A program made the position numbers and the translations under genes. The notes below the pieces were generated by a model. The model worked only from the letters and a program-made list of their open reading frames with translations. It had not been told where the DNA came from and searched no databases. This document shows, piece by piece, positions 18,836 through 28,379 of a stretch of 64,000 nt of DNA. This DNA is from an uncultured Spirochaetota bacterium (GTDB taxonomy: Bacteria; Spirochaetota; Brevinematia; Brevinematales; JAOACQ01): positions 1,376,001 to 1,440,000 of the forward strand of contig CAVYGN010000001.1 in the NCBI GenBank assembly GCA_963768055.1. Reading direction: 5' to 3'. Position 1 is the stretch's first letter. Each line of letters opens with the position of its first letter.

Positions 18836-18989
18836 ATTTATTCTCCTTTTATTCCGCCGGTTTAAATCATGGCATAATTTATATGAATCAAAAATTCAGG
18901 TTATTATGTTAACCCCTTGCAGATGATTTGTCAAATTAAAAATTGGTCTTTTTTTGTCGGGAAGATGGAACTTAGTCTTTATCTTCGCT

Positions 18990-20006
18990 TCACTGAACTA
19001 TCAGGCGGGCTTTTAAATTTCCGTTTTTATATAAAAGCTGAAGAATCTTTACAATATCGTTCCCGGTAAATCCGGTCTGATTTAAACTGTCAACAAGGTC
19101 CTGCACTGTAGCCGTACCTTTTAACAGTTTGACGCTTCCTTCGGTTTTCTGTTGTGAAATATTTCCGTTTTGACTGGAACCTATCTCCAGTTTCATACCT
19201 CCGTAAGAAACAGCCGAATCAGAAAGTATGACATTGCCTCCGGAGATAAGTATCCCGTTTTTAGAGTCGATCAGGACGCTTGGTTCTTCCTCGATATCTG
19301 CGCTAAGTTTGAAAATATCATCGATAAAATTGTTTACTTCAAGGTTCTGCGGTACTTTAACTTTTATCCTGTTAAAAGATATCTCCCTGACGGCATCAGG
19401 ATATTTCTGTTTGATCGCATCGACAGATTTATTAACGGCATTATAGCCGAGCGATTCCTGAACAATAAAGGTAATAACATTATTAGTATCAAGAATAATA
19501 TTATCAATTCGCTTTTGCATAATTGCGCCCAGGGGAACGTATCCCATGATACCCTTAGAGAACCTGTCGGTCATAACACTGCCTTCAGCAATAGCATAGA
19601 TATCATTATCTCCGCCCATAAGAGGCGTAATAATAAGTTCTCCTCCTTCAAGGGATTTGGCGTCGTAAATCGATGAAACTTTTACATCAATCCTCGATCC
19701 CTGTTGTGAAAAAGGAGTGATTGTCGCGCTAACAAGGACGACCGCCGAGTTTTTTGGTTTGATTTTGTCAGAATTTATTTTAAAACCAAAATTGTTGGCA
19801 ATTCTCGATATGATCTCTTTTGTCTGTGTCCCGCTGTCGCTGTCGCCGGTACCTTTTAAACCGACAACGACGCCATAGCCCAGTAAAGGGTTTTCCTGAA
19901 ATCCTTCAATTCTCAATATATTTCTCAGATTAACAGTCGATGCGCGCAAAGTACCTGCAATGCTGAACAGGGAAACAACCATTATAAAAGAATAAAATAT
20001 TTTCAC
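18990..20006 (-). CDS. flgI: Flagellar basal body P-ring protein
   Basis: NPLLGYGVVVGLKGTGD, KNSAVVLVSA, DAKSLEGG and terminal GNLKARLIV. Confidence 0.92.
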   Translation of the reverse strand: MKIFYSFIMVVSLFSIAGTLRASTVNLRNILRIEGFQENPLLGYGVVVGLKGTGDSDSGTQTKEIISRIANNFGFKINSDKIKPKNSAVVLVSATITPFSQQGSRIDVKVSSIYDAKSLEGGELIITPLMGGDNDIYAIAEGSVMTDRFSKGIMGYVPLGAIMQKRIDNIILDTNNVITFIVQESLGYNAVNKSVDAIKQKYPDAVREISFNRIKVKVPQNLEVNNFIDDIFKLSADIEEEPSVLIDSKNGILISGGNVILSDSAVSYGGMKLEIGSSQNGNISQQKTEGSVKLLKGTATVQDLVDSLNQTGFTGNDIVKILQLLYKNGNLKARLIVQ

Positions 20007-20725
20007 AGCGGCTCCTTTATTTTGACCTTGAATACTCTCCCGCTCCTATTATTTTCGACAAGACATGTACTGTCCTCAAGTTTTCTGATTATTCTTACTT
20101 TCATTTTAATCGATATATTCCCTTTACTGAATACAAGGTCCGCATTCCCCATGTCTAAATTTTCTATATACTGTGAATCATTTTTTTCTGTATTATTTTC
20201 CGGCAGCTTTGCAGGTTCCGGATCGGAGGGCCTTTCCAGTCCGATATCAAAAACCTCGTTTGTTGCAAATCCGGTATCTCCTCTGAAAAACACATAATCT
20301 ATAATAAGTGTCAATATATTTGAAGATACTTCATTCGATATTTTCAGGACCTTAAATTTCTCCGGCAGGTCAAATTTCTTGAAGAATTTTACAACAAATT
20401 GCCCCTTTAAGGCACCCGAAATATATTGATTAATCTCGTCAACGGATGATAAGGTATCAAGCCTGATAACATAAGTTCCTGCGCCTATCAATACCAAATC
20501 ACCAGCCCCTCCCCTGTCCATCAGGCCATGGATCTCGGCATTCGAAAAAAAACAGTTTGTCAGCACCGATACAGAACCCTTTGCATCTGTTTCCCTTCCT
20601 ACAAGATCGTTTATAGTAATCGAATCCTTTCTTGTATAAACATAATCCTTTAAAATAATCTGGTTTATTTCTCCGGAAATGAATGAAGTAAATAAAAAAA
20701 TCGGTAAAATAAATATCTTGCGCAT
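20003..20725 (-). CDS. Exported hypothetical protein, possibly a divergent FlgA-like P-ring chaperone
   Basis: Signal peptide; coupled to flgI; C-terminus (VENNRSGRVFKVKI) loosely recalls FlgA. Confidence 0.5.
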   Translation of the reverse strand: MRKIFILPIFLFTSFISGEINQIILKDYVYTRKDSITINDLVGRETDAKGSVSVLTNCFFSNAEIHGLMDRGGAGDLVLIGAGTYVIRLDTLSSVDEINQYISGALKGQFVVKFFKKFDLPEKFKVLKISNEVSSNILTLIIDYVFFRGDTGFATNEVFDIGLERPSDPEPAKLPENNTEKNDSQYIENLDMGNADLVFSKGNISIKMKVRIIRKLEDSTCLVENNRSGRVFKVKIKEPL

Positions 20726-20753
20726 AGATTCTCCCTAAAGTGTATTATTATAA

Positions 20754-20960
20754 GGGCGGTTCCAAAAACTAGATTTTTAAAAAATAATTGTAATAATGAA
20801 TCTAATAATTCCGCCCAATGGGCCCTGGTGCCTGGACTGGCGCCAGTCCCCAGGACAGGTGCATTTATACTTGCGTATAAACGCAAGCACTACCTTGCTG
20901 CCCCAAAGGGCCGTAGCAAAGCGAAGGTCCCCGTAAGGGGGGCAGTTATTAGAAGCGCCC
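20754..20960. mobile_element. MITE family 1, longest copy (207 bp) with ATAA target duplication
   Basis: ATAA|GGGCGGTTCCAAAAACT...AGTTATTAGAAGCGCCC|ATAA; internal GC palindromes. Confidence 0.82.
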
Positions 20961-21015
20961 ATAAATAAATATCGGAATATGTTTATATATTTAAAGGAAT
21001 ATTTGCACAATTATA

Positions 21016-21032
21016 ATGCACATTATGTGCAT
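21016..21032. promoter_or_regulatory. Palindromic upstream activator-like site
   Basis: ATGCACA-TTA-TGTGCAT perfect dyad about 100 bp upstream of a sigma-54 promoter; an extra TGCAC half-site at 21004. Confidence 0.55.
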
Positions 21033-21119
21033 AATGAACTGTACACATTATCGAGCAAATATATTTTTAATGCTTTATTTCGTTATATTAAAAATAGTTA
21101 ATTAATTATTCTTTTATTA

Positions 21120-21136
21120 TGGCACATTAATTGCAT
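21120..21136 (+). promoter_or_regulatory. Sigma-54 (-24/-12) promoter
   Basis: TGGCAC-ATTAA-TTGCAT matches the TGGCAC-N5-TTGCW consensus exactly. Confidence 0.75.
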
Positions 21137-21145
21137 AGTAATGTA

Positions 21146-21210
21146 AAAGCCCCCTTAAAATACATTTTTTTGAAACCCTCTCCAACCCCCGGAGGGGGTT
21201 TCTCTATTTA
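21146..21210 (+). ncRNA. Candidate sigma-54-dependent small RNA
   Basis: No + strand ORF follows the promoter; C-rich leader and a 12-bp terminal stem (21172-21202) followed by TCTATTT. Confidence 0.5.
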
Positions 21211-21263
21211 GGGGCCGGCCAGATCTGCATATTGTCTTATATTCGGCGGGAAAAGTAGAGGGG

Positions 21264-21860
21264 TTATATCTTTAAAAAAAGATATAAATAATATGAAAAA
21301 TTCCTGCTCTCCGAGTGGCTGATCAAAAGATTGTAAGATACGCCTTTTTTCTCAATAAGCATAAAATCGCCGACCGTTTTGATCTCGAAATGATTGAGAA
21401 CCTCTGTAAAAATTTTCCCTTCAATGTCTCTTTCAATTAATTCTAGGGCTTTCCTGTTGGCAAAAATAGTTTTTTTAAAATGATTTGTTATAACCAGAGG
21501 GTGTTCCAAATCCTCGATTACTCCAAGAATTTTAAAATGCGGCATGTATTCGTCGAAAAAAAAATGGCATTGAAATTCTTCAAAAGAAATGATCCTCAAG
21601 AGGCTTCCCGCCTTATCAATTACAGGAACCTGAAGATTTTTGTTTGAATTATTCCTGAACAGAGTTTGAGATAGCTGGGAAACTTTTATCATACTTATGT
21701 TCTCATAGAGAGAAAAACTTTCCTCCATTATTCCGATTTCAATGTCCCTCTTCAGGACGACGCCGAGGTAGTCATTGTCCTCGAAAACAATGATTCCATG
21801 GGCCGCAGGAGCATGAAAAAATAATTTCATCAGGCTCTTTGCCATTTCGATTTCCATCAT
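21264..21860 (-). CDS. Hypothetical protein with CBS-like and PAS-like segments
   Basis: YLGVVLKRDI and VPVIDKAGSLLRII (CBS-like); PLVITNHFKKTIFANRKA (PAS-like). Confidence 0.6.
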   Translation of the reverse strand: MMEIEMAKSLMKLFFHAPAAHGIIVFEDNDYLGVVLKRDIEIGIMEESFSLYENISMIKVSQLSQTLFRNNSNKNLQVPVIDKAGSLLRIISFEEFQCHFFFDEYMPHFKILGVIEDLEHPLVITNHFKKTIFANRKALELIERDIEGKIFTEVLNHFEIKTVGDFMLIEKKGVSYNLLISHSESRNFSYYLYLFLKI

Positions 21861-21869
21861 AATTCCCGA

Positions 21870-22793
21870 TCATTTTTCATTGCTGAAATCCAGTATTTTC
21901 TCCAGGTCAGGAGCATCGATAAATATCAGTTCATTTTTACCAGGGATATAACCCGGCCAGCTTCCGCCGGAAAGTTTATCCCCTATCATAAGATTATCTG
22001 ATGTATGGAATGCTCCGGCGATTTTGATATTAAATAAGGGCCTCAGCAAGGCGTATCTGCCGAGAACCTTGCTATTCACGGGACCGTCATAAAAAGAACC
22101 GGCTCGCAGGGCATATAAAGACAAGAGCTTATCTTTTAAAATTTTCAAACCCCCATTTCCGCTTAGCCAGGGTTTTGAACCCCTTTTAATTATCTCAATA
22201 GAAACAATGTCCTGAAAAGGAACGGTAAAAATATCCCTGCCCCTGAAATCGCTGCCGGGCCTCTCCAGGTTTTTCAACTTATAGTTATAAACGAGGTAAA
22301 CAGTTCCCGGACTGCTATCAATTGAGGCATAGGACATACTGCCGACGGTGGTCCCTGAACCCACATCAAGTTCCCTTAAGCTTGAATCCGATAGTTTTAC
22401 TTTAAGAACGAGGACCGGATTGTCAAGCCCGTATTCATGCAGTTTTTCTTTATCTATATTCGTGATAAAACTTTCGCTTACCAGCCCCTGAAGATCATTT
22501 AAAACAACCCTGACAGCCTCATCGTCCGCTTCTACGGCCGCTGGTTTTATCAATACAAAACGGTTGGAAATGAGTTCGAGTTCTATAAGGGAAGTATTCG
22601 TCCCGCTTCTGTAGAAAATCGATAATGATACTACATCCTCCCTGACCAGCCCTGCGAAGAGACTCACCCTTCCCGACTTTTCATTTTTTTTTTCCCTGGG
22701 CAGGACATTGAAAAAATAGTATGACGCAGCGAATGCCAGTATCAATACCAGGGCAGCAGTATTAAAGAGGGATCGTTCAACGCTTCTTTTCAT
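21870..22793 (-). CDS. DUF4340 domain membrane-anchored protein
   Basis: N-terminal TM helix; LHEYGLDNP and VYLV...DFRGRDIF motifs. Confidence 0.8.
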   Translation of the reverse strand: MKRSVERSLFNTAALVLILAFAASYYFFNVLPREKKNEKSGRVSLFAGLVREDVVSLSIFYRSGTNTSLIELELISNRFVLIKPAAVEADDEAVRVVLNDLQGLVSESFITNIDKEKLHEYGLDNPVLVLKVKLSDSSLRELDVGSGTTVGSMSYASIDSSPGTVYLVYNYKLKNLERPGSDFRGRDIFTVPFQDIVSIEIIKRGSKPWLSGNGGLKILKDKLLSLYALRAGSFYDGPVNSKVLGRYALLRPLFNIKIAGAFHTSDNLMIGDKLSGGSWPGYIPGKNELIFIDAPDLEKILDFSNEK

Positions 22794-22847
22794 ATGAAAG
22801 ATTTTATCATAGAAAGCCGAAAAATGGAAAATAGTACTCTAAAGGTA

Positions 22848-22943
22848 TCTGCTAAGCCACGCGAATGAGAAGGGAGAATAGAAGTTAAGAATAATGAATC
22901 AGAGCCTTTAATTGATTGGACTTAGCGTGACTTCGCGGAAGAT
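22848..22943. repeat. Inverted repeat family 2 (CCGCGAAG/GCTAAG type)
   Basis: CTTAGCGTGACTTCGCGGAAGAT is the exact reverse complement of 63742-63764; related copies at 30119-30169 and about 60927-60962. Confidence 0.7.
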
Positions 22944-23026
22944 CGATAAGCAAATATTATAAAAATGGAAATTTCAGTGTTTTCCCTATATAATTTCCCC
23001 TACTTTATTTAATTTAAGGATCTGGT

Positions 23027-25102
23027 ATGGCTGAAAGCGTTTTATTAGAGATCGGCGTCGAGGAAATTCCCCATGAAATAATCAGCTCAGCAATGGAACA
23101 ATTAAAAGCTAAGAGTATTGAAAAATTTGAAAAAGAGGGTGTGATTTACAGGGAATTATCCGTTTACGGGACACCCAGGCGCCTTTCTTTAATTATAAGC
23201 GGGGTGGAAGAAAAAACACCTGAAGCAATATCCGAAAAAAAAGGGCCTTCAGTAAAAGCATCTTTTGATGAGGCCGGAAAGCCCACAAAAGCGCTGCTTG
23301 GTTTTCTGGGATCCTTTAAAGCCCGTCTTGATGATATTGAAAAGAAAGAAATATCCGGAAGTATCTATGTGACCCTTAAAATTAAAGAGGGCGGCCTCGA
23401 AACACTTTCGATTTTTCCCGAAATTCTAAAGAGTATAATACTTTCTCTTACCTTCCCTAAGTCAATGAAATGGGGAAGCGGGGAAGGGGGACTGCGTTTC
23501 GTCAGGCCGGTAAGGTGGATCCTGGCCCTTTACGGAGATGAAATAATAAAATTTTCAATTAACGGCATCGAGAGCTGCAATGTCACCTACGGCCATAGGT
23601 TCCTTACTAACGGTAAAGGCTTTAATATAAAACATCCCGATAAATATATCGGGCAGTTAAGGGATAAATTTGTTATTGTTGATGTGAATGAAAGAAAATC
23701 CAGGATAATGGAACAGGTTGAAAATGAATCCGGCAAACTAAAAGCAAAACCAGTACTCGACGATGAACTGCTTGATACCCTTGTCCAGCTTACAGAATAC
23801 CCATACTCTGCCGCAGGCGAGTTCGAAGAGGAATTTCTTAAACTTCCTAAAGAGGTTCTCATTTCTGAAATGATAGATCATCAAAAATATATCCCGCTTT
23901 TAAACAAGGAAAATGACCTCATTAATAAGTTCCTGATTACTACGAATATGCCGGTTTCCGGAATTATAATTCATGGAAATGAAAGGGTCATCAAAGCACG
24001 TTTCTCCGACGGAAAATTCTTCTTCGACGAGGACAGGAAAATACGGCTGGATGAATATCTTCCAAGGCTCGCTGAAGTTTTATTTGGAAAAGGGCTCGGC
24101 ACACTCTCCGAAAAGACTGATAGGCTCCAATCTATAACCTCAGAACTTTCAAATATGATAGGCTACGGGAATTATCTTGAAAACGCTCTTAGAACAGCCC
24201 TTCTCTGCAAAGCGGACCTTGTGACAAGCATGGTTTATGAATTTCCCGAATTACAGGGTATTATAGGTTATTATTACGCCCTTGCTTCGATGGAAAACAT
24301 CGATACCGCGATTTCTATAAAGGAACATTACTTGCCGAAATTCAGCGGCGACAGCCTGCCGTCACTGCCGGAGGGGATCCTGGTATCCCTGGCCGACCGT
24401 ATAGACAACCTTTTCGCATTATACTCGAGGGGTAATTTTGTCAGCGGCTCAAAAGACCCTTATGGTCTCCGCCGGCAGACTCTCGGCATTATAAGGATAT
24501 TGATTGAAAAAAAATTACACCTTGAAATAGGTGTCCTGTTTAAAAAATTACTGCCTCTATACGAGGGTTTCCTCACAATCAAAAAAGATGAATTTTCAGA
24601 AAAAATCAACGATTTTCTTACGAGCCGGGTTAAAACGGTCTTAAAAGAATATGGCTTTTCCTATGATGAAATCGAGGCGGGCATCAGCGGCTATGTTTCC
24701 GACTTATACGACGCTTACAAGAGACTCGAGGCGATCCATAGCGCCAGGAAATCGGATAATTTTATCAATCTTGCGATCGCCTTCAAAAGGGTTAAAAATA
24801 TTATAAAAGGCCATAAAGCCGGCGATTTAAATAATGGCCTTCTTAAGGAGGAGGCTGAAAAGGAACTTCATTCGATTCTTGTACAAAGCCGGAAAACCTT
24901 CCTTGAAACCCTTTCAAAGGGCGATTATCCGCAGTGCATATCGATCCTGACCTCTTTCAGGCCGGCGGTTGACAGGTTTTTCGATAAGGTACTTGTCATG
25001 GATAAAGATAAAGACTTGCAGAATAACAGGATAGCCTTGCTATCGCAAATCGACGAATTGTTCATGAAGATCATTGACTTTGAAAAGATCGTTGTTGAAT
25101 AA
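23027..25102 (+). CDS. glyS: Glycine--tRNA ligase beta subunit
   Basis: LLEIGVEEIP, TPRRL, FPKSMKWG, FVRPVRW, KADL...EFPELQG, SGSKDPYGLRR and NRIALL. Confidence 0.97.
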   Translation: MAESVLLEIGVEEIPHEIISSAMEQLKAKSIEKFEKEGVIYRELSVYGTPRRLSLIISGVEEKTPEAISEKKGPSVKASFDEAGKPTKALLGFLGSFKARLDDIEKKEISGSIYVTLKIKEGGLETLSIFPEILKSIILSLTFPKSMKWGSGEGGLRFVRPVRWILALYGDEIIKFSINGIESCNVTYGHRFLTNGKGFNIKHPDKYIGQLRDKFVIVDVNERKSRIMEQVENESGKLKAKPVLDDELLDTLVQLTEYPYSAAGEFEEEFLKLPKEVLISEMIDHQKYIPLLNKENDLINKFLITTNMPVSGIIIHGNERVIKARFSDGKFFFDEDRKIRLDEYLPRLAEVLFGKGLGTLSEKTDRLQSITSELSNMIGYGNYLENALRTALLCKADLVTSMVYEFPELQGIIGYYYALASMENIDTAISIKEHYLPKFSGDSLPSLPEGILVSLADRIDNLFALYSRGNFVSGSKDPYGLRRQTLGIIRILIEKKLHLEIGVLFKKLLPLYEGFLTIKKDEFSEKINDFLTSRVKTVLKEYGFSYDEIEAGISGYVSDLYDAYKRLEAIHSARKSDNFINLAIAFKRVKNIIKGHKAGDLNNGLLKEEAEKELHSILVQSRKTFLETLSKGDYPQCISILTSFRPAVDRFFDKVLVMDKDKDLQNNRIALLSQIDELFMKIIDFEKIVVE

Positions 25103-25232
25103 ACTGTTCATCCCGTATACTGTCCCGGCCCCTTTCTACGCCCCTTATCTTTAGAAATGAAAAGAGAAAACGGCGATGATTTTATTTTTTCATGATTTAA
25201 GATTATAATATTTACGTCCGGAGGAAACACAA

Positions 25233-25880
25233 ATGGACGTAATCATAATTATTGCGGTAGGCGCCGCTTCTTACCTTCTGGGTTCAATCCCTTTCGGCCT
25301 TATATATTCCCTGGCGAGGGGGGTGGATATCAGGAAGGTCGGATCCAAAAATATAGGGGCTACTAATGTAAGCAGGCAATTCGGCTTCGCGCTCGGCTTT
25401 GTCCCGGTTTTTCTGCTGGACCTTGCTAAGGGCGCTGTTCCGGTTTATCTTGCGGGATCGCTTTTTCATACCGGGATCGGCCGGGATGGCATTATAGTCA
25501 TCGCAGGCATTATGGCTCTTATCGGGCATATATTTCCTGTTTATATCGGCTTCAAGGGAGGAAAGGGAGTGGCTACCGCCCTGGGCGTTTTCATCCTCAT
25601 AGCGCCTTATGAAGCGGCTATATGTGCCGGTGTTTTTTTAATAGTGCTTTTCCTGATGCGTCTGCTTACGATTTCTGCCGAACCGGGGCCGTTTTTTAAA
25701 GGCCTCCAAAAGAGATTGGGCCTTGCATCAAGTTCTGCCGCAGTTGCTTTTCCGATAACAACCGTACTTCTCGAACCATCCCGCACAATTATAGTCGTTA
25801 TTTCTATAATCGTGGCGCTTCTTCTTATCTTTCAGCATCGTTCGAACCTCATTAAAATCCTTAAAGGAGATCATTCGTAA
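25233..25880 (+). CDS. plsY: Glycerol-3-phosphate acyltransferase PlsY
   Basis: YLLGSIPFG, GSKNIGATNV, GHIFPV..FKGGKGVAT and HRSN. Confidence 0.96.
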   Translation: MDVIIIIAVGAASYLLGSIPFGLIYSLARGVDIRKVGSKNIGATNVSRQFGFALGFVPVFLLDLAKGAVPVYLAGSLFHTGIGRDGIIVIAGIMALIGHIFPVYIGFKGGKGVATALGVFILIAPYEAAICAGVFLIVLFLMRLLTISAEPGPFFKGLQKRLGLASSSAAVAFPITTVLLEPSRTIIVVISIIVALLLIFQHRSNLIKILKGDHS

Positions 25881-25881
25881 A

Positions 25882-27336
25882 ATGAATAATGAAATTACAA
25901 AACTCAACCTGAAAGAGTTGTCCGGCGCCTTATCATCGAAAAGGCTTTCGTCGGTGGAAATAACGAAAGAATATTTAAAGGCAATTGAAGAAGATGCCGG
26001 GCATAATAAACCTTTAAACCCTTATATCCGTGTTCTCGCCGATTTCGCTCTAGAATCGGCGAAAAAAGCCGACAAAAGAATAGCCGAAGGTTCGCATTCA
26101 GAGCTCACAGGCATTCCCATCGCAATCAAGGATAATATGAATATCAAAGGCTTCCCGACAACCTGCGCATCGAAGATCCTTAAAGGATACATAGCCAGCT
26201 ACAACTCGACGGTAATTGATAAGCTCGTAACAGAGAACGGTATGGTAGTTCTTGGAAAAACAAATATGGACGAGTTTGCAATGGGGTCCTCAACTGAAAC
26301 TTCATATTACGGCATCACCCGTAACCCCTGCGACAGGGACAGGATCCCCGGAGGATCTTCAGGCGGCTCCGCTGCCGCTGTAGCCGGTTTTCTTGCGCCT
26401 GCAGCGCTGGGAAGCGATACGGGAGGATCTATCCGCCAGCCTGCCTGCCTTTGCGGCGTTGTAGGGCTTAAACCGACATATGGACTTGTATCGAGATACG
26501 GACTCGTTGCTTTCGCATCTTCACTCGACCAGATCGGGCCGATCACACGCACTGTGGAAGATTCCGCGGCCCTGCTGGGCCGGCTGGCATGCCATGATGA
26601 GAAAGACTCGACCAGTCTCGAACTCCCCGTTCATGATTATCACCCGAGGCCTGAAGTAAGCGGACTCAAAATCGGTATACCGAAAGAGTTTTTTATTAGC
26701 GGATTGGAAGCCGAGGTTGCCGATAATGTAAAAAAAACCTGTCTCGAACTTGAAAAGCTCGGGGCTGAAATCGTTGAAATCAGCCTTCCTCATTCCGATT
26801 ACGCGGTACCGACATATTATATCGTTGCCACTGCCGAAGCCAGCTCGAACCTGGAACGCTACGACGGCATTAAATATGGACTCCGAGCCGATTCAAGCAG
26901 CCTCTCTGAGCTGTATAGGAAAACCAGGAGCATGGGTTTTGGCGAAGAGGTTAAAAGAAGGATAATGCTCGGTACTTATGTTTTATCGGCGGGTTATTAT
27001 GACGCTTATTATTTGAAGGCCCTGAAAGTCCGTTCCCTTATACGGGAGGATTTTGAAAAAGCCTTTACAAAAGTAGATTACATACTGGGCCCAACCTCAC
27101 CCACACCCGCTTTCAAGATCGGTGAGAAGATAAACGATCCTATCTCTATGTATTTATCCGATATTTATACAATTTCACTTAATCTGGCTGGACTGCCCGG
27201 CATTTCAGTTCCGAGCGGCCTGACAAAAAACGGTTTGCCGCTGGGCGTTCAGGTGATCGGAAAGCTCCTGGATGAAAAGGGAATCCTGAATGTCGCTTCA
27301 GCAATAGAATTAACGGTAAAAGGGGATAATAAATGA
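25882..27336 (+). CDS. gatA: Asp/Glu-tRNA amidotransferase subunit A
   Basis: [37 protein letters not shown] and [19 protein letters not shown]. Confidence 0.98.
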   Translation: MNNEITKLNLKELSGALSSKRLSSVEITKEYLKAIEEDAGHNKPLNPYIRVLADFALESAKKADKRIAEGSHSELTGIPIAIKDNMNIKGFPTTCASKILKGYIASYNSTVIDKLVTENGMVVLGKTNMDEFAMGSSTETSYYGITRNPCDRDRIPGGSSGGSAAAVAGFLAPAALGSDTGGSIRQPACLCGVVGLKPTYGLVSRYGLVAFASSLDQIGPITRTVEDSAALLGRLACHDEKDSTSLELPVHDYHPRPEVSGLKIGIPKEFFISGLEAEVADNVKKTCLELEKLGAEIVEISLPHSDYAVPTYYIVATAEASSNLERYDGIKYGLRADSSSLSELYRKTRSMGFGEEVKRRIMLGTYVLSAGYYDAYYLKALKVRSLIREDFEKAFTKVDYILGPTSPTPAFKIGEKINDPISMYLSDIYTISLNLAGLPGISVPSGLTKNGLPLGVQVIGKLLDEKGILNVASAIELTVKGDNK

Positions 27337-28379
27337 AAAAGGCTTTGATCACCGGGATAAACGGGCAGGACGGATCGTTCCTTTCAGAATTTTTAATTAA
27401 GCAAAACTATGAAGTGCATGGAATAATCAGGAGGAGTTCGTATTTCAATTTAGGCCGGATCGAGCACCTCTACATTGACGAGCTTATCAAAGATATTCAC
27501 AAGGACAGAAAGCTCAAACTCCATTACGGCGATTTAACCGATTCGAGTAATCTCATACGCCTGATAAAACAGATAGAACCGGATGAAATTTATAATCTTG
27601 CGGCGCAATCGCATGTCAAAGTATCTTTTGAAATGCCGGAGTATACCGCCGAAGTCGACGGTGTCGGCACTCTAAGGCTTCTCGAAGCGGTCAGACTGCT
27701 TGGATTTGAGAAGAAAACCAGGATATATCAGGCCTCGACATCGGAACTTTATGGGCTGGTCCAGGAAACACCCCAGAAAGAAACTACCCCTTTCTATCCG
27801 AGAAGCCCATACGGCGTAGCCAAGCTTTACGGATACTGGATTACGAAGAACTATCGCGAAGCTTACGGATTATATGCCTGCAACGGGATACTTTTTAACC
27901 ATGAATCCGAAAGGAGGGGTGAATCATTCGTGACCAGGAAAATAACGCTGGCAGCGGCCAGGATTTATAAAGGAAAACAGGAAAAGCTTTACCTGGGCAA
28001 TCTTGATGCCAAGCGTGACTGGGGATATGCAAAAGATTACGTGGAATGCATGTGGCTGATGCTGCAGCAGCCCGGTCCCGAAGACTATGTAATAGCTACC
28101 GGAGAAACCCATACGGTAAGAGAATTTGCGGCAAAGGCCTTTCTTGAGGCCGGCATAGAGATCGAATGGAACGGCAGCGGAATTCAAGAGAAGGGCCTGG
28201 ATAAAAAAACCGGTAAAATCCTGATAGAAATAGATCCCCTGTATTTTCGGCCTACCGAAGTTGATCTTCTATTGGGAGATCCGACCAAGGCCAGGGAAAA
28301 ATTAGGATGGAACCCTACCCGTACTTCGTTTAACGATCTTATCAATTTAATGGTCAGATACGATATGGAACATGTTTAA
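27333..28379 (+). CDS. gmd: GDP-mannose 4,6-dehydratase
   Basis: [29 protein letters not shown] and [11 protein letters not shown]. Confidence 0.97.
   Translation: MKKALITGINGQDGSFLSEFLIKQNYEVHGIIRRSSYFNLGRIEHLYIDELIKDIHKDRKLKLHYGDLTDSSNLIRLIKQIEPDEIYNLAAQSHVKVSFEMPEYTAEVDGVGTLRLLEAVRLLGFEKKTRIYQASTSELYGLVQETPQKETTPFYPRSPYGVAKLYGYWITKNYREAYGLYACNGILFNHESERRGESFVTRKITLAAARIYKGKQEKLYLGNLDAKRDWGYAKDYVECMWLMLQQPGPEDYVIATGETHTVREFAAKAFLEAGIEIEWNGSGIQEKGLDKKTGKILIEIDPLYFRPTEVDLLLGDPTKAREKLGWNPTRTSFNDLINLMVRYDMEHV

Noticed and set aside
20665..21010. ORFs 20665..20886 and 20777..21010
   Set aside because: They are translations of the MITE palindromes with no protein-like features.
21172..21202. 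Hairpin as simple terminator of the minus-strand gene 21264..21860
   Set aside because: On the minus strand the stem is followed by an A-run rather than U; not fully excluded, but the + strand reading fits better.
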